From: a virus | Taxonomy: Duplodnaviria; Caudoviricetes | DNA: 64,000 nucleotides | IMG/VR virus record: IMGVR_UViG_3300038499_000016 | Coordinates: 32,001-96,000 of that record | Reading direction: 5' to 3' (one strand) | Shown: one piece after another, positions 44,435-53,543 of the stretch | Layout: each line of letters starts with the position of its first letter | Numbering within the stretch: the stretch's first letter is position 1 | Notes under the pieces: generated by a model | Database searches by the model: none | What the model saw: the letters and a program-made list of their open reading frames with translations, nothing else | What the model was told of the DNA's origin: nothing | Made by a program: the position numbers and the translations under genes

Positions 44435-45199
44435 CTATTCTCCTTTGTTTATGTACTTGAATAATCGCTGGCTGATCCGGTTAGAAGGAACCACCTGCTC
44501 ATTGGCACGAGACCGAGCCTTCTTAATAGCCTCAATGAGCATATCCACACGTTCCAGAAGGGTACTCTTCTCAGCCGGCGAAATCAACCCGCTAAAGTAA
44601 GTCTGATTCCACGTTCCCACAATCACGTCCTCATTCACCAACTGCACCTGGGGAGGATGCTTATCAGTACCCGGATGCAGAACAAGCGGCCTAGATACCT
44701 TCCGGGTCCCCTGCCTGCGGGTCTGACCAGTCCTGTAGTACCCACTCCCCCGCTGCTCATCCGACTTCCAATCCTTGGCCGGATCAAGCGTCGGAATGGT
44801 ATCGTAGACCTTTCCCCGAATCAGTTCCAGAAGGTTCTCCATTTGAACAAGTGCCGCCACAGGCACAGCCTCTGCAAGGATCACCTGGGTCTCATCGTTC
44901 AAGACCACAATGTCTGCCACAGCCTGTGTGTTGGCCATTTCCTTCTGCAGAACCACATCAAACAACTTGGCGAGATGCTTCTGGAAATACTCCAGCTTAT
45001 CGCCAACCGTCGTGATAGGGGTGGGTTTCTCTTCTTCCGGACGTTCCACATCATCGGCCTTTAGCGGGTCCCATTCCTTGGCATGGGTGCTGAAGAGATG
45101 GGCCTTCTTCGTGAAAGTCCCGTGCGTCTCCTCAATGATCTTAGCTACGGTAGACCGAACGTCCTTCTCAGCTGCTACGAGCTCATGCAACTTTCCCAT
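44435..45199 (-). CDS. Uncharacterised 254-aa protein directly upstream of the ncRNA
   Basis: AAGGAGG RBS; KLHELVAAEK...KEMAN..A.ADI...PTLDP...W...TRK......TDKHPPQV....D..VG.W....FSG......RVD.L..AIKKAR..AN resembles, from memory and unverified, a widespread bacterial/phage family of unknown function. Confidence 0.9.
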   Translation of the reverse strand: MGKLHELVAAEKDVRSTVAKIIEETHGTFTKKAHLFSTHAKEWDPLKADDVERPEEEKPTPITTVGDKLEYFQKHLAKLFDVVLQKEMANTQAVADIVVLNDETQVILAEAVPVAALVQMENLLELIRGKVYDTIPTLDPAKDWKSDEQRGSGYYRTGQTRRQGTRKVSRPLVLHPGTDKHPPQVQLVNEDVIVGTWNQTYFSGLISPAEKSTLLERVDMLIEAIKKARSRANEQVVPSNRISQRLFKYINKGE

Positions 45200-45238
45200 A
45201 GATGGCCTCCTTATGTGATGTATGATCTAATTTCTGAG

Positions 45239-45266
45239 AATATAATACACACACAGAAAAAATCAA
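45239..45266 (-). promoter_or_regulatory. Possible sigma70-like promoter for the 254-aa gene/ncRNA unit
   Basis: TTGATT-N16-TATATT; contains GTGTATTAT, similar to the sites at 43255 and 44050. Confidence 0.45.
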
Positions 45267-45421
45267 AAATCTTTTGGCTTAGTAGAACTGGTTGACCAAG
45301 CTACCAACCCATAAACAGTCATGATCGCATACGCAACGCAGACCATCCCAAAATATTAACAAGCATCATTGCTCTACTTCCCAAGATACTAGAAAACTTC
45401 TCCTATAAACTCCCACAAGCA

Positions 45422-45451
45422 AAGGGGCCGCTAGTTTCCTAGCAGCCCCTT
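45422..45451 (-). terminator. Hairpin terminator after the major capsid gene
   Basis: AAGGGGCUGCUAG-GAAA-CUAGCGGCCCCUU. Confidence 0.75.
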
Positions 45452-45475
45452 CAAGTCCCTACCTTACGGTAAAGC

Positions 45476-46351
45476 CTAGCCGCGTGACAGGACCACTCTG
45501 CAGAGCCCGAGCGGGTTGTGACACCCGATGCCCAGGTTCTCAAAGCAGCTGAATCCTATTACCCTGTTCTTGGGGTCATCTGCACTCAACACCGAAAGTT
45601 CCGTACGTACAGGAATACGTCCAAAGAACTCTGGCTCGCAGCACACATAGATGTACCCAGTCGGAACGCGCCTTGACACGATAACCTGGGCACCCCAAAC
45701 GGTGGCCATGAGACCGGTCTTCAGCAACACAGCCTGAGTCTCGATGTCCAAGACATCCCGACCCCATTTGCGTATGTCACTATAGTCAAGGGCATTACAG
45801 AACACGCGTGCAACCCTCAGGTCGTGGCGCTCAATACGGGCAAACGCATCGGCCAGATCAGCCGGTGTGAGAGGAGCAGTGGCCGGAATATCGGCGTTTG
45901 TCGCACCGATGTTGTCGAACCCAGCCGTTGCAACCGCATCGAGAACTTCGAAGACACGAGTGTCTTCTTCGGCCTGAATCTCCGCCTTCGCCAGGTCCTG
46001 GGCACGTTCGATAAGATCATACCGACGTTCCTTGATCTGGGTGAGCGGAATTTCGGGGTTGGAAGAGATTTCGAACAGCGGGAAAATCACCCTACGGGGC
46101 TTCGTGATGGCCAAAATGTTCTGACCTTCTTCACCCACGACATAGGCAGTCACTGCCGGGTCTTTGTCGTAGATAGGAAGCGCACCATCAGGCAGCTGCT
46201 CAACGAGAAACGTCTTGCGTCCAACAGATGTGTAGTCCCTCCTAAGGCGGAGGGGTTGAATCATGGACGCAGCCAACTTCGCTCTTCCTGAAGCCGTCTT
46301 CATGTACTCATCAATGATTTGGGCCTTCAGTTCATTACTAACTTCAGCCAT
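45476..46351 (-). CDS. Major capsid protein (HK97 fold)
   Basis: Spine-helix-like DLIERAQDLAKAEIQAEEDTRVF; LADAFARIE...VFCNALDY; WGAQVIVSRRVPTG; GGAGGTG RBS; follows protease, scaffold and decoration genes. Confidence 0.88.
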   Translation of the reverse strand: MAEVSNELKAQIIDEYMKTASGRAKLAASMIQPLRLRRDYTSVGRKTFLVEQLPDGALPIYDKDPAVTAYVVGEEGQNILAITKPRRVIFPLFEISSNPEIPLTQIKERRYDLIERAQDLAKAEIQAEEDTRVFEVLDAVATAGFDNIGATNADIPATAPLTPADLADAFARIERHDLRVARVFCNALDYSDIRKWGRDVLDIETQAVLLKTGLMATVWGAQVIVSRRVPTGYIYVCCEPEFFGRIPVRTELSVLSADDPKNRVIGFSCFENLGIGCHNPLGLCRVVLSRG

Positions 46352-46368
46352 GACTAACTCACCTCCTC

Positions 46369-46941
46369 TTAGATTTTGAGTTGAACGGTCATGTACGGAT
46401 CCGTACCGGCCGCCGGGGCCTTCAGAACGATACCGAGCAGCGTAGCATTATGCCGTGTCGTGTCCATTCCACCCGCATTGATCAAAAGACCGTTGCGAGA
46501 AGAATAAACCAGGTCTCCGGCCGTAAACGCTACCGCTGACGTACCATTACTGGCGAAGGTCTCGTAAATATCGGTGCTGAACACCGTTCCTGAACCATGT
46601 GCATACACAACTCTGTTCGAAGCAACCGCGGAACTTGACTCATACGGATTGCCCAATGCGTCATTGATTGCAATTCCTACAGCCTTATCAAAGGTTGAGG
46701 AGTTATCACCAGCGCACGGACCGATGAGACCATCTCCAGCGACAGCAACGACACTACCGGCCAGAATGCCCTTATTGGTCTTGGCAGTCAGGCGGCTGTT
46801 GTTCACCTTCTGGTTGTTCCCAACTCTGTTGTCCTGTGTCAAGCCTGCAGCAACGATCTGACCATACGAGTTGTAGGTCTGACGATACAGAACATTCATG
46901 TGGGTATCAGGTGATGGAAGATTTGAACCCATTCGACTCAC
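46369..46941 (-). CDS. Putative capsid decoration/cement protein
   Basis: Gly/Ala-rich beta protein (GSVVAV, AVGI, TDIYE, AGDLVY...GLL, LGIVLKAP) directly upstream of the MCP. Confidence 0.7.
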   Translation of the reverse strand: MSRMGSNLPSPDTHMNVLYRQTYNSYGQIVAAGLTQDNRVGNNQKVNNSRLTAKTNKGILAGSVVAVAGDGLIGPCAGDNSSTFDKAVGIAINDALGNPYESSSAVASNRVVYAHGSGTVFSTDIYETFASNGTSAVAFTAGDLVYSSRNGLLINAGGMDTTRHNATLLGIVLKAPAAGTDPYMTVQLKI

Positions 46942-46954
46942 CTCCTCTTTCGGG

Positions 46955-46994
46955 TATTAAAAGATTACACTCACCCCGCCAGGAAGCGGGGTGT
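46955..46994 (-). promoter_or_regulatory. GC hairpin plus partial late-motif copy (TAATCTTTTAATA)
   Basis: CACCCCGC/GCGGGGTG stem at about 46972-46994; partial motif at 46955-46967. Confidence 0.4.
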
Positions 46995-46998
46995 ATTA

Positions 46999-47877
46999 CT
47001 AACGCTTAAAAGCCTTGGATACGTCTGGAGGAGCATCCCACAGTTTTGTGGAGAGGTCACCCTCGGACGCTGCTTTCACGAGTCCACTCAGTTTCTTGGC
47101 ACCAAGCTTCGGGGTCATCTGTGCCATTTCCTGAGCAAAAATCTGATCGAGTACATCACCGGCACTCTTTGCATCAAGCTCGATCTCTTTCTCTTCCGGT
47201 TCCTTTTTGGCCTTGGCTTCTACTTCCTCGCCTTCGGGCATAGGAGCAGCAGGCATCGGGGCAGGAGCGCCACCGGCAGGCTGAACCGTGCAATCAATGG
47301 TTCCTACCTGTTCAGCCTTCTTCTTCTCAACTGGAGGAGTAGTCTCTTCCTCGGCGGGAGGAACCACTTCTTCCTTCTTTGCGGCTTCCTTCTCCTCAGG
47401 CACTTCTTCCTCAGGATCCTTCTTTGCGGCTTCCTTCTCCTCAACCTCTTCAGGATCCTTCTCACACTTTGAACCGGAAGCAAGCTTCTCAGCTATGGAT
47501 GCCTGACGATTGAGTGTGGCTAGAATGGCCTTCTCAGGCAGATACATGAGGTCCGTTGCCTGTTCCTCAAGCATGGACTGATCTGCGGCCGGCAGCATGC
47601 GCTGTGCAATGGTCAGGCACTTGATTGCCTTATCTTCCAGCTTACGAGCAGCAACCACAGCCTCACGAGCAGCACCAGGAGCCGGATGACCGGTCTCTGT
47701 ACGGCCTTCATTCTTCCACGGAGCATTCATATTCGGTGTCTCACCCCATGCATCTGGATCCCCGGTATGATATTTCTCAACCGGCGGATTCGAGCGGGTC
47801 TGATTCATGGTATAAGGATCGGCCTGCTTCTCAATCTCAGCAACCTTCTCCTTATCCCAACTTAGTCTCTGTCGCAT
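46999..47877 (-). CDS. Putative capsid scaffolding protein
   Basis: E/K/P/A-rich low-complexity protein between the protease and MCP; GAGGAGG RBS. Confidence 0.7.
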   Translation of the reverse strand: MRQRLSWDKEKVAEIEKQADPYTMNQTRSNPPVEKYHTGDPDAWGETPNMNAPWKNEGRTETGHPAPGAAREAVVAARKLEDKAIKCLTIAQRMLPAADQSMLEEQATDLMYLPEKAILATLNRQASIAEKLASGSKCEKDPEEVEEKEAAKKDPEEEVPEEKEAAKKEEVVPPAEEETTPPVEKKKAEQVGTIDCTVQPAGGAPAPMPAAPMPEGEEVEAKAKKEPEEKEIELDAKSAGDVLDQIFAQEMAQMTPKLGAKKLSGLVKAASEGDLSTKLWDAPPDVSKAFKR

Positions 47878-47920
47878 CGGATCCTCCTCTGATGACTGTT
47901 CGTTCTGAACTTTTACTGGA

Positions 47921-47936
47921 TATTAAGAGATTATTA
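47921..47936 (-). promoter_or_regulatory. Putative late-promoter motif TAATAATCTCTTAATA
   Basis: Identical to 53182-53197; 43 nt before the scaffold start. Confidence 0.75.
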
Positions 47937-47954
47937 CAAAGTGTTCAAAACATT

Positions 47955-50900
47955 CTACTTACGATATGCATCGAGCATATTCAGCCACACAAGTGATCTG
48001 CGGGCCTCTTCTTTTGATAGTTTCCTACCTACCGCATTTACTATCTCCCCTAAGAGCTCCACGGAACTTTTCTTATTTGTTCCGCCCAATTTAGCCACAG
48101 CTGCTTTTATGATTACTGAGAGTGGATTAGGACTTACACTATCCAGATAAGACAGGACCGCTAGGAAATCTCTTTTCCCATACCCATAATCAGCAAGTAC
48201 GGTAGGTTTATTGCTGGTCAGGAGTATGTGGGCCCCATACTTGAGCTTATTGAAAGCTTTCTCATCCAGATTACCTGTGGTCTTTCTCACAAATCGGTCC
48301 CATACCGTTTTTGTATTCCACAGATTTCTGTATACGCTTGCGGGCTTTATGATTGACTCATCGAGCGTCTCGAGCTCTTGAGGACGCTCTTCTTTTTCCG
48401 TAAAATCATCGGCTATCTCATCGCTGATTTGTTGAAGGATCCGCTTCTTGATCTGATCCTTCATCTTCCTCATATCATCGCCGGGTTCCTCTTCCTCAGG
48501 AAGTCCACCTTCCTCAGGAGCTTCTTCTGCTGGGGCTTCTGCTGGGGCTTCTGCTGGGGCTTCTGCTGGGGCTTCTGCTGGGGGCTCATCAGCAGGAGGT
48601 TCATCGGGCTTATCGGCAGGGGGTTTATCTTGAGCAATCAAATGAGCTGCAGCCTTCAGATAGTCCCCTTCTTTGGGCTGATAGGACTTCTTATCCAGAG
48701 CCGCCTCAATCTTGGATATGATATCAAGGGATGGTTCTACGGAACAACGACGTACTGCACCTACAAAGGCCGGATTCTTAACCCAAGATGCATCACAGAA
48801 CACGACACTCTCTGGGTCTGATTTATGCCCACAAAGCTCTGCAACCCTTCGCTGTACGCCATTATCATCATAGAAAAAATTATTCTTCTCATATTTCACA
48901 TGCTGGCATGCTTGGGTCTCATCAACAGATTTATTACCACACTTAGTGCATATGGAATATTGAATCTTGCAGTTATGGACTGCCATGTCATTAGCTACAT
49001 AGGAGTTATCGTCCCACACCTCAAAATTATAGACCCATCCTTCATAAGGAAGTTTCTCTATACTCTGAATAGGATGAAGCATCCACCCTAGATTATTATT
49101 AGCTTTCCACGTATTGAGTAATTTGCGCTTTTTATCATCATCAATATTTTGATACTTTTTCTGATACTTATACGGGAAGGCGTAATTGAGTTCATTTTCA
49201 ATGACATTCAAAGCCTGAAAATTAAGCTGGATCTGATGAGCATCTGAACGATACCCTTCGTAATGATTCACCACTTCAACACCATCAGCGGTCATTTTTC
49301 GTACATCTGTCTTATACAAAGATCCTTCAACATGATACATATTATGTATCATGCGGAGTCTGTTTAGAATAACACGGTATTGGTCAGCCAAGTGGCGTGA
49401 CCCCGTGGTATTCATATCACCAATAACCCATGTAGCTATAAGATGCCGCTGGATCGATGTATCCCAATACAACACCTCTTCAGGCATCCTCTTATCATTA
49501 AAGTATTCCCCACAATACTTAGAGAAGAATTCAGCAATATCCTCTCCTACAATCTTCACTGCTTTGGGGTATCTCAACACCGTAGCATTAGGAAAAGCCT
49601 TAGCGGAGAGTTCAGCAATTTCCTTATTAACCGTCTCGTACTCATGCTCTCCAAGGGAGAATTCTGCTCCTATTTTCTTTCGAGTTTTAGAAGCTTCTTT
49701 AAAACCAGGATCATTTTTTCGCCCATCACCACGTATCAAATTACGACGTATTTTGGCATTCACGGGAGCATCAGGAAACTGCATCCTATAGGTTTCTAAA
49801 TTCAACCCGTGCTTTGGAATATGAGTAGTGAGCTTGTTATAAAGATTCCCACAAACCTTACAACGAACTAAGTAATCATTCTCTTCACCCTGAAACACTA
49901 CATCTTTTACAAAAGATCCTTCCGCCAAGAAATATCCAATAAGTCGGGCTTTCTCAACGGTAGCATCATCAGATTTGATTATAGTCTGAGAAATAGGCGA
50001 AGAAACTATATCTCCTACCTGAAGATCTTGTGCATCCACCCACCCAAGATCAAGATTTTCCCTTATGGGGTTAGAATCTCGTAAAGCCTTGTACTCATCA
50101 ATAGAATAAGTTTGGGTATTGGGATTAACAACACGAGCATAATGACCCGTCAAAAATCTTGAATAAGCTGGATTGCCATCCATCATTTTGCTGTCATGGC
50201 CACACAGAGTAGTGGTAATCTTTCCCCCACAACCACAGGCGCACAAATGCTCTCTTTTGAAAGCCCAATAAGGATGTTCTGGGGTTACATATGTTATCTT
50301 GTAATCCCCCTCAACCTTAATAGCTAAGATGTCGCCCTTATACCAACGCTTTTGAGTATTCTTTACCGCTCGAATATTACCGGAATGGCTTAATACCATA
50401 TCTCCGGGATGGAGGACTTCAATAGCCGTCTTAGTCCCGTCCGAAAGAGTGATTTCCGTACCTTCAAGAAAACAGCCCATAGACAAAGTAGAAAGTTCCC
50501 CTGACTCAATCTTTCGTACCAAGTCCTCGTGCTTGCGATCTGTAGCTACAAGGATATCAACGTAATAGGTAGTAAGGTCTTCCCCGGAGGCGGTCTTCCC
50601 GATGGGTATTTCTCTTAAAACCGCATCAACCACTTTACCTTTTGACAGATTCTCTATCTGTACGTGTTCTACGAAATTATTACATCCTATGAATGATTGA
50701 TAGCATTGCTTGAGAAGGTCCTTATCCCAAGCATCGCCATTATTATTTACGAATTTTGAAAAGGAGGGATGGATGTAGTAGTTACTATTAGCATCTTTGG
50801 GATTTGCGAGCTCGGTCTGTACAGCGGCTATAATTGAGCAATGACTCAACAAGTATTTCCGAGGGTCATACTTAGCAATAACGGTCTTGGCGGTTTTCAT

Positions 50901-51008
50901 CCGGCAACGGCCGTCACTACAGGCGCTTTCATAGACCTTATTGACCCACTGGTCTCCGGTCATTCCTGTTTCTATGACGGCCGCATGGCCATAGCGCATC
51001 ATCGCCAT
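47955..51008 (-). CDS. Putative prohead maturation protease, intein-containing (516 aa after splicing)
   Basis: NNNGDAW, NFVEH, KGKVVDA, LSMG|C..CTKCG...C.H, SWVKNPAF; position in the head module. Confidence 0.75.
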   Translation of the reverse strand: MAMMRYGHAAVIETGMTGDQWVNKVYESACSDGRCRMKTAKTVIAKYDPRKYLLSHCSIIAAVQTELANPKDANSNYYIHPSFSKFVNNNGDAWDKDLLKQCYQSFIGCNNFVEHVQIENLSKGKVVDAVLREIPIGKTASGEDLTTYYVDILVATDRKHEDLVRKIESGELSTLSMGCFLEGTEITLSDGTKTAIEVLHPGDMVLSHSGNIRAVKNTQKRWYKGDILAIKVEGDYKITYVTPEHPYWAFKREHLCACGCGGKITTTLCGHDSKMMDGNPAYSRFLTGHYARVVNPNTQTYSIDEYKALRDSNPIRENLDLGWVDAQDLQVGDIVSSPISQTIIKSDDATVEKARLIGYFLAEGSFVKDVVFQGEENDYLVRCKVCGNLYNKLTTHIPKHGLNLETYRMQFPDAPVNAKIRRNLIRGDGRKNDPGFKEASKTRKKIGAEFSLGEHEYETVNKEIAELSAKAFPNATVLRYPKAVKIVGEDIAEFFSKYCGEYFNDKRMPEEVLYWDTSIQRHLIATWVIGDMNTTGSRHLADQYRVILNRLRMIHNMYHVEGSLYKTDVRKMTADGVEVVNHYEGYRSDAHQIQLNFQALNVIENELNYAFPYKYQKKYQNIDDDKKRKLLNTWKANNNLGWMLHPIQSIEKLPYEGWVYNFEVWDDNSYVANDMAVHNCKIQYSICTKCGNKSVDETQACQHVKYEKNNFFYDDNGVQRRVAELCGHKSDPESVVFCDASWVKNPAFVGAVRRCSVEPSLDIISKIEAALDKKSYQPKEGDYLKAAAHLIAQDKPPADKPDEPPADEPPAEAPAEAPAEAPAEAPAEEAPEEGGLPEEEEPGDDMRKMKDQIKKRILQQISDEIADDFTEKEERPQELETLDESIIKPASVYRNLWNTKTVWDRFVRKTTGNLDEKAFNKLKYGAHILLTSNKPTVLADYGYGKRDFLAVLSYLDSVSPNPLSVIIKAAVAKLGGTNKKSSVELLGEIVNAVGRKLSKEEARRSLVWLNMLDAYRK
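48525..48583 (-). repeat. 12-bp tandem repeat, ~5 copies, encoding an (APAE)n linker
   Basis: TTCTGCTGGGGC repeated on the + strand. Confidence 0.95.
48972..50474 (-). mobile_element. Intein (501 aa) with a degenerate LAGLIDADG domain and zinc-finger inserts
   Basis: Starts CFLEGTEITL; block B VTPEHPY; LIGYFLAEGS; ends VYNFEV...AVHN followed by Cys. Confidence 0.93.
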
Positions 51009-51020
51009 TTCAAAATACCC

Positions 51021-51401
51021 CTAGAACTTGTAAACACTCTTCATCTGCTTAAGGGATTGCTGTGCGTTCATTGCTTCTTGGATGATTTTCTCAATCTCTT
51101 TATTGAGCGTCTCTACCCGTTCCACAATCCTGATGTTCATCTTTTCATCCGCTTCGTGGGTAGTCATCGGAGCCCCAATAGGTACGGGAGCTTTAGGAAA
51201 CTTCCCTATTCCGCTAATGGTTTTGGTCAGACTTTCAAGATTCTTTTTTAGAGATTCTTGAAGCCGTTCCAAGTCCATAATAGGATTACCGGAAGGTTTG
51301 AACTTCTCTGGTGGAACGAACGCTTTTACCAATCTTCTGATACAGTTTGCGACGGTATTGATCATAGTAGTTACACGACTACTTTCTTTTTCGCGGGTCA
51401 T
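51021..51401 (-). CDS. Hypothetical coiled-coil protein (head module)
   Basis: ORF track; operon position. Confidence 0.65.
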   Translation of the reverse strand: MTREKESSRVTTMINTVANCIRRLVKAFVPPEKFKPSGNPIMDLERLQESLKKNLESLTKTISGIGKFPKAPVPIGAPMTTHEADEKMNIRIVERVETLNKEIEKIIQEAMNAQQSLKQMKSVYKF

Positions 51402-51700
51402 TCCGCGGAAGGTGTCTTCTTCTGACGTTCCTGCCAGAGCTCATCCAGCTTATTGGCCTGTTTCCTAATAAAATCCGTTACATTCGACTTGATCTTCTTC
51501 TCAGTCTTTTCCTCTTCAGGCTCATCTTCCTTACTGAACTTCAGGTCCTTCAAATAAGAGAGGGTTTGACTCACGCCGGCACCTGAAGAAGATCCCTGCC
51601 AATCTCTGGGTTCAAGATTGACGATGCTGCCAGGTCTGGACCTGGTCTTGGTCACTAGATAGAATTCCCGGCTGCCATCTTTGTACTTATGGAGATACAT
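51398..51700 (-). CDS. Hypothetical protein (head module)
   Basis: AAGGA RBS; ATGA overlap. Confidence 0.65.
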   Translation of the reverse strand: MYLHKYKDGSREFYLVTKTRSRPGSIVNLEPRDWQGSSSGAGVSQTLSYLKDLKFSKEDEPEEEKTEKKIKSNVTDFIRKQANKLDELWQERQKKTPSAE

Positions 51701-51703
51701 GAC

Positions 51704-52216
51704 TTATTCCTTGGTGATGTCTTCGTAGACTTTTTGAACGGATGATCGGACGATGTAGTCCGAACAGATGGATGCATACTTCTGATAGACTCGATTATAG
51801 GTCTGCACTTCACCCAGACCTTTATCATGGCAGGACACGATATCGTCTATCAGTTTGCCCACGACATCGATGGCAAAAGTATGGGCAATACGAAGGGCCA
51901 TGCGTTCCGTTGCCATGACCCTTTTCGGTAGACATCCACGGAGTTTCTCTGATACGCTCTTCTCATAGGAGCTGTATCCCAAGTCTCTGTGGACCGTAGG
52001 CATTCCATAGATCAGGGGATTAACCTTTATCAGAGTCTCCGGACTTTCCTGTTCATTGGCGGTCGGCCACTGTACCCAGACCTTATAGGTTGAGGGCACA
52101 ATATGTGTAACTACTCCAGTGAAGGGGCTGACATTCGAGTCCGTTACGAACTTCCTAACGCAGTCTCCAACCCTGAAGTCTTCTGGAGCCGACATCATCG
52201 GGAACAGTGCAGGCAT
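51704..52216 (-). CDS. Hypothetical protein with an SH3-like N-terminus (head module)
   Basis: FRVGDCV...GVVTHI....KVWVQWP; GAGGAGG RBS. Confidence 0.7.
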   Translation of the reverse strand: MPALFPMMSAPEDFRVGDCVRKFVTDSNVSPFTGVVTHIVPSTYKVWVQWPTANEQESPETLIKVNPLIYGMPTVHRDLGYSSYEKSVSEKLRGCLPKRVMATERMALRIAHTFAIDVVGKLIDDIVSCHDKGLGEVQTYNRVYQKYASICSDYIVRSSVQKVYEDITKE

Positions 52217-52233
52217 TGCAGCCTCCTCAGGAG

Positions 52234-52545
52234 TTACTCAACCTTCTGATAGGCCTTCTTGACCGCTACGGGACTCTTCTTGATCTCAGCAACTTGTTCG
52301 AAGTTACTCTTGTTGTAGTTGTCCATGTAGGGTTCATCGGGCTGACGGCTACGTACCTGATAGTTGAACCGATTGGCCATGTATCTGGACTCATCGGGAT
52401 CTGACTTCAGGGTTGATGCATCCTTACGGCCGTCGATGACATCGGAAACCCTATCGATCTCTAGGGCGATCTCAGGGTTGCTGGCCTGGACTTCCTCAGC
52501 GATCTTGTCGAGTCTCTCGGTATACTGCTTAGCGTTCTTCAACAT
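52234..52545 (-). CDS. Hypothetical small protein, probable head protein
   Basis: AGGAGG RBS; LDKIAEEV...ALEIDRVSD. Confidence 0.7.
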   Translation of the reverse strand: MLKNAKQYTERLDKIAEEVQASNPEIALEIDRVSDVIDGRKDASTLKSDPDESRYMANRFNYQVRSRQPDEPYMDNYNKSNFEQVAEIKKSPVAVKKAYQKVE

Positions 52546-52558
52546 CGGACCCTCCTAT

Positions 52559-53140
52559 TCATGGGACTTTCTGATAGATAGCTTTCTTAAGAAGTGTTTT
52601 TCCCCGTTCTCTGTACATATGAGGAACACCTTCTGGTGTCCTCGTACGGGCACGTTCTCTGGTTGGTACATCTTTGATTTTCAAACCCAGCTGTTTCAGG
52701 ACAGGGGCTTTCACCTCTATTGGTTCTGGCTTAGGTTCGGGAGCTTTCTTTTTCTTGGCTAACACAGGGGGGGCCATACCTATAGAAGATTCCAGAGTAC
52801 TGAGAAGGACTTTGTAGCGGTTTGCATTGATCTTTCCGTCATACATGCCATTGGCAAAAGACCGTACAGCCAGGGAAAGAGCATCATCACAGGCCACCTG
52901 TTTGCTGAATTTTGCGAGTATCGGATTGATCATGGTCTTGGCGCTGGCCACCAGCACATCATAGTCAGCATCTGTGAGGTCTTCAGGGCCCTGGTAGGTA
53001 CGTGCAATATCGAATCGAGGGACTCGTTCTTCTACTACTCGTCGGTCGTAATTGAAGTACTTATAGGCGTTATTCGTGACTTCCGGGAACCGACTCCAGT
53101 AGCTTCGAATCACTTTGGGTATCAGAAGGATGAGATTCAT
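52559..53140 (-). CDS. Hypothetical protein (head module)
   Basis: First gene after the late motif at 53182. Confidence 0.7.
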   Translation of the reverse strand: MNLILLIPKVIRSYWSRFPEVTNNAYKYFNYDRRVVEERVPRFDIARTYQGPEDLTDADYDVLVASAKTMINPILAKFSKQVACDDALSLAVRSFANGMYDGKINANRYKVLLSTLESSIGMAPPVLAKKKKAPEPKPEPIEVKAPVLKQLGLKIKDVPTRERARTRTPEGVPHMYRERGKTLLKKAIYQKVP

Positions 53141-53181
53141 GTTATAACTTCTGTGGTTCTAAATGGTTGCCTAAATTTAGG

Positions 53182-53197
53182 TATTAAGAGATTATTA
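53182..53197 (-). promoter_or_regulatory. Putative late-promoter motif TAATAATCTCTTAATA
   Basis: Identical to 47921-47936; 41 nt before ATG 53140. Confidence 0.75.
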
Positions 53198-53485
53198 GGT
53201 TGTCTCTTTCAAGTATCGTTCAACGACCCTTGATGCGAACCGACTATCTTTCATAGGTTTGGCGTTCTTGACCATGTGCTTGAGGTCCGCCACTAAAATT
53301 GACAGTTCGAAGGCCTGTTTGAGGGCCTCATTGACCTTTTTTGCGATATCATCATCATAGCTATCCAGGGATTGGAGGCCTTTTTTAAGGGGTGTTTTAT
53401 GGAAGTCTGTCAGACTTTGTCCGAGGGCTTCCATTATTTCCAGAGATTTATCCAAGTCGCGTCCGAGTCCTTTTTTCTTAGCCAT
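53195..53485 (-). CDS. Hypothetical small protein, probable head protein
   Basis: AAGGA RBS; ends RFASRVVERYL. Confidence 0.7.
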   Translation of the reverse strand: MAKKKGLGRDLDKSLEIMEALGQSLTDFHKTPLKKGLQSLDSYDDDIAKKVNEALKQAFELSILVADLKHMVKNAKPMKDSRFASRVVERYLKETT

Positions 53486-53527
53486 ATTGGATTAGGTCCT
53501 TCCTGAGGGTACTCAGGCTGGGGTATA

Positions 53528-53543
53528 AATTAACAGATTATTA
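53528..53543 (-). promoter_or_regulatory. Putative late-promoter motif copy (TAATAATCTGTTAATT)
   Basis: 14/16 match; 42 nt before ATG 53485. Confidence 0.6.

Noticed and set aside
45476-46351. Encapsulin shell protein
   Set aside because: Protease, scaffold and decoration genes directly upstream indicate a viral capsid; no cargo enzyme is adjacent
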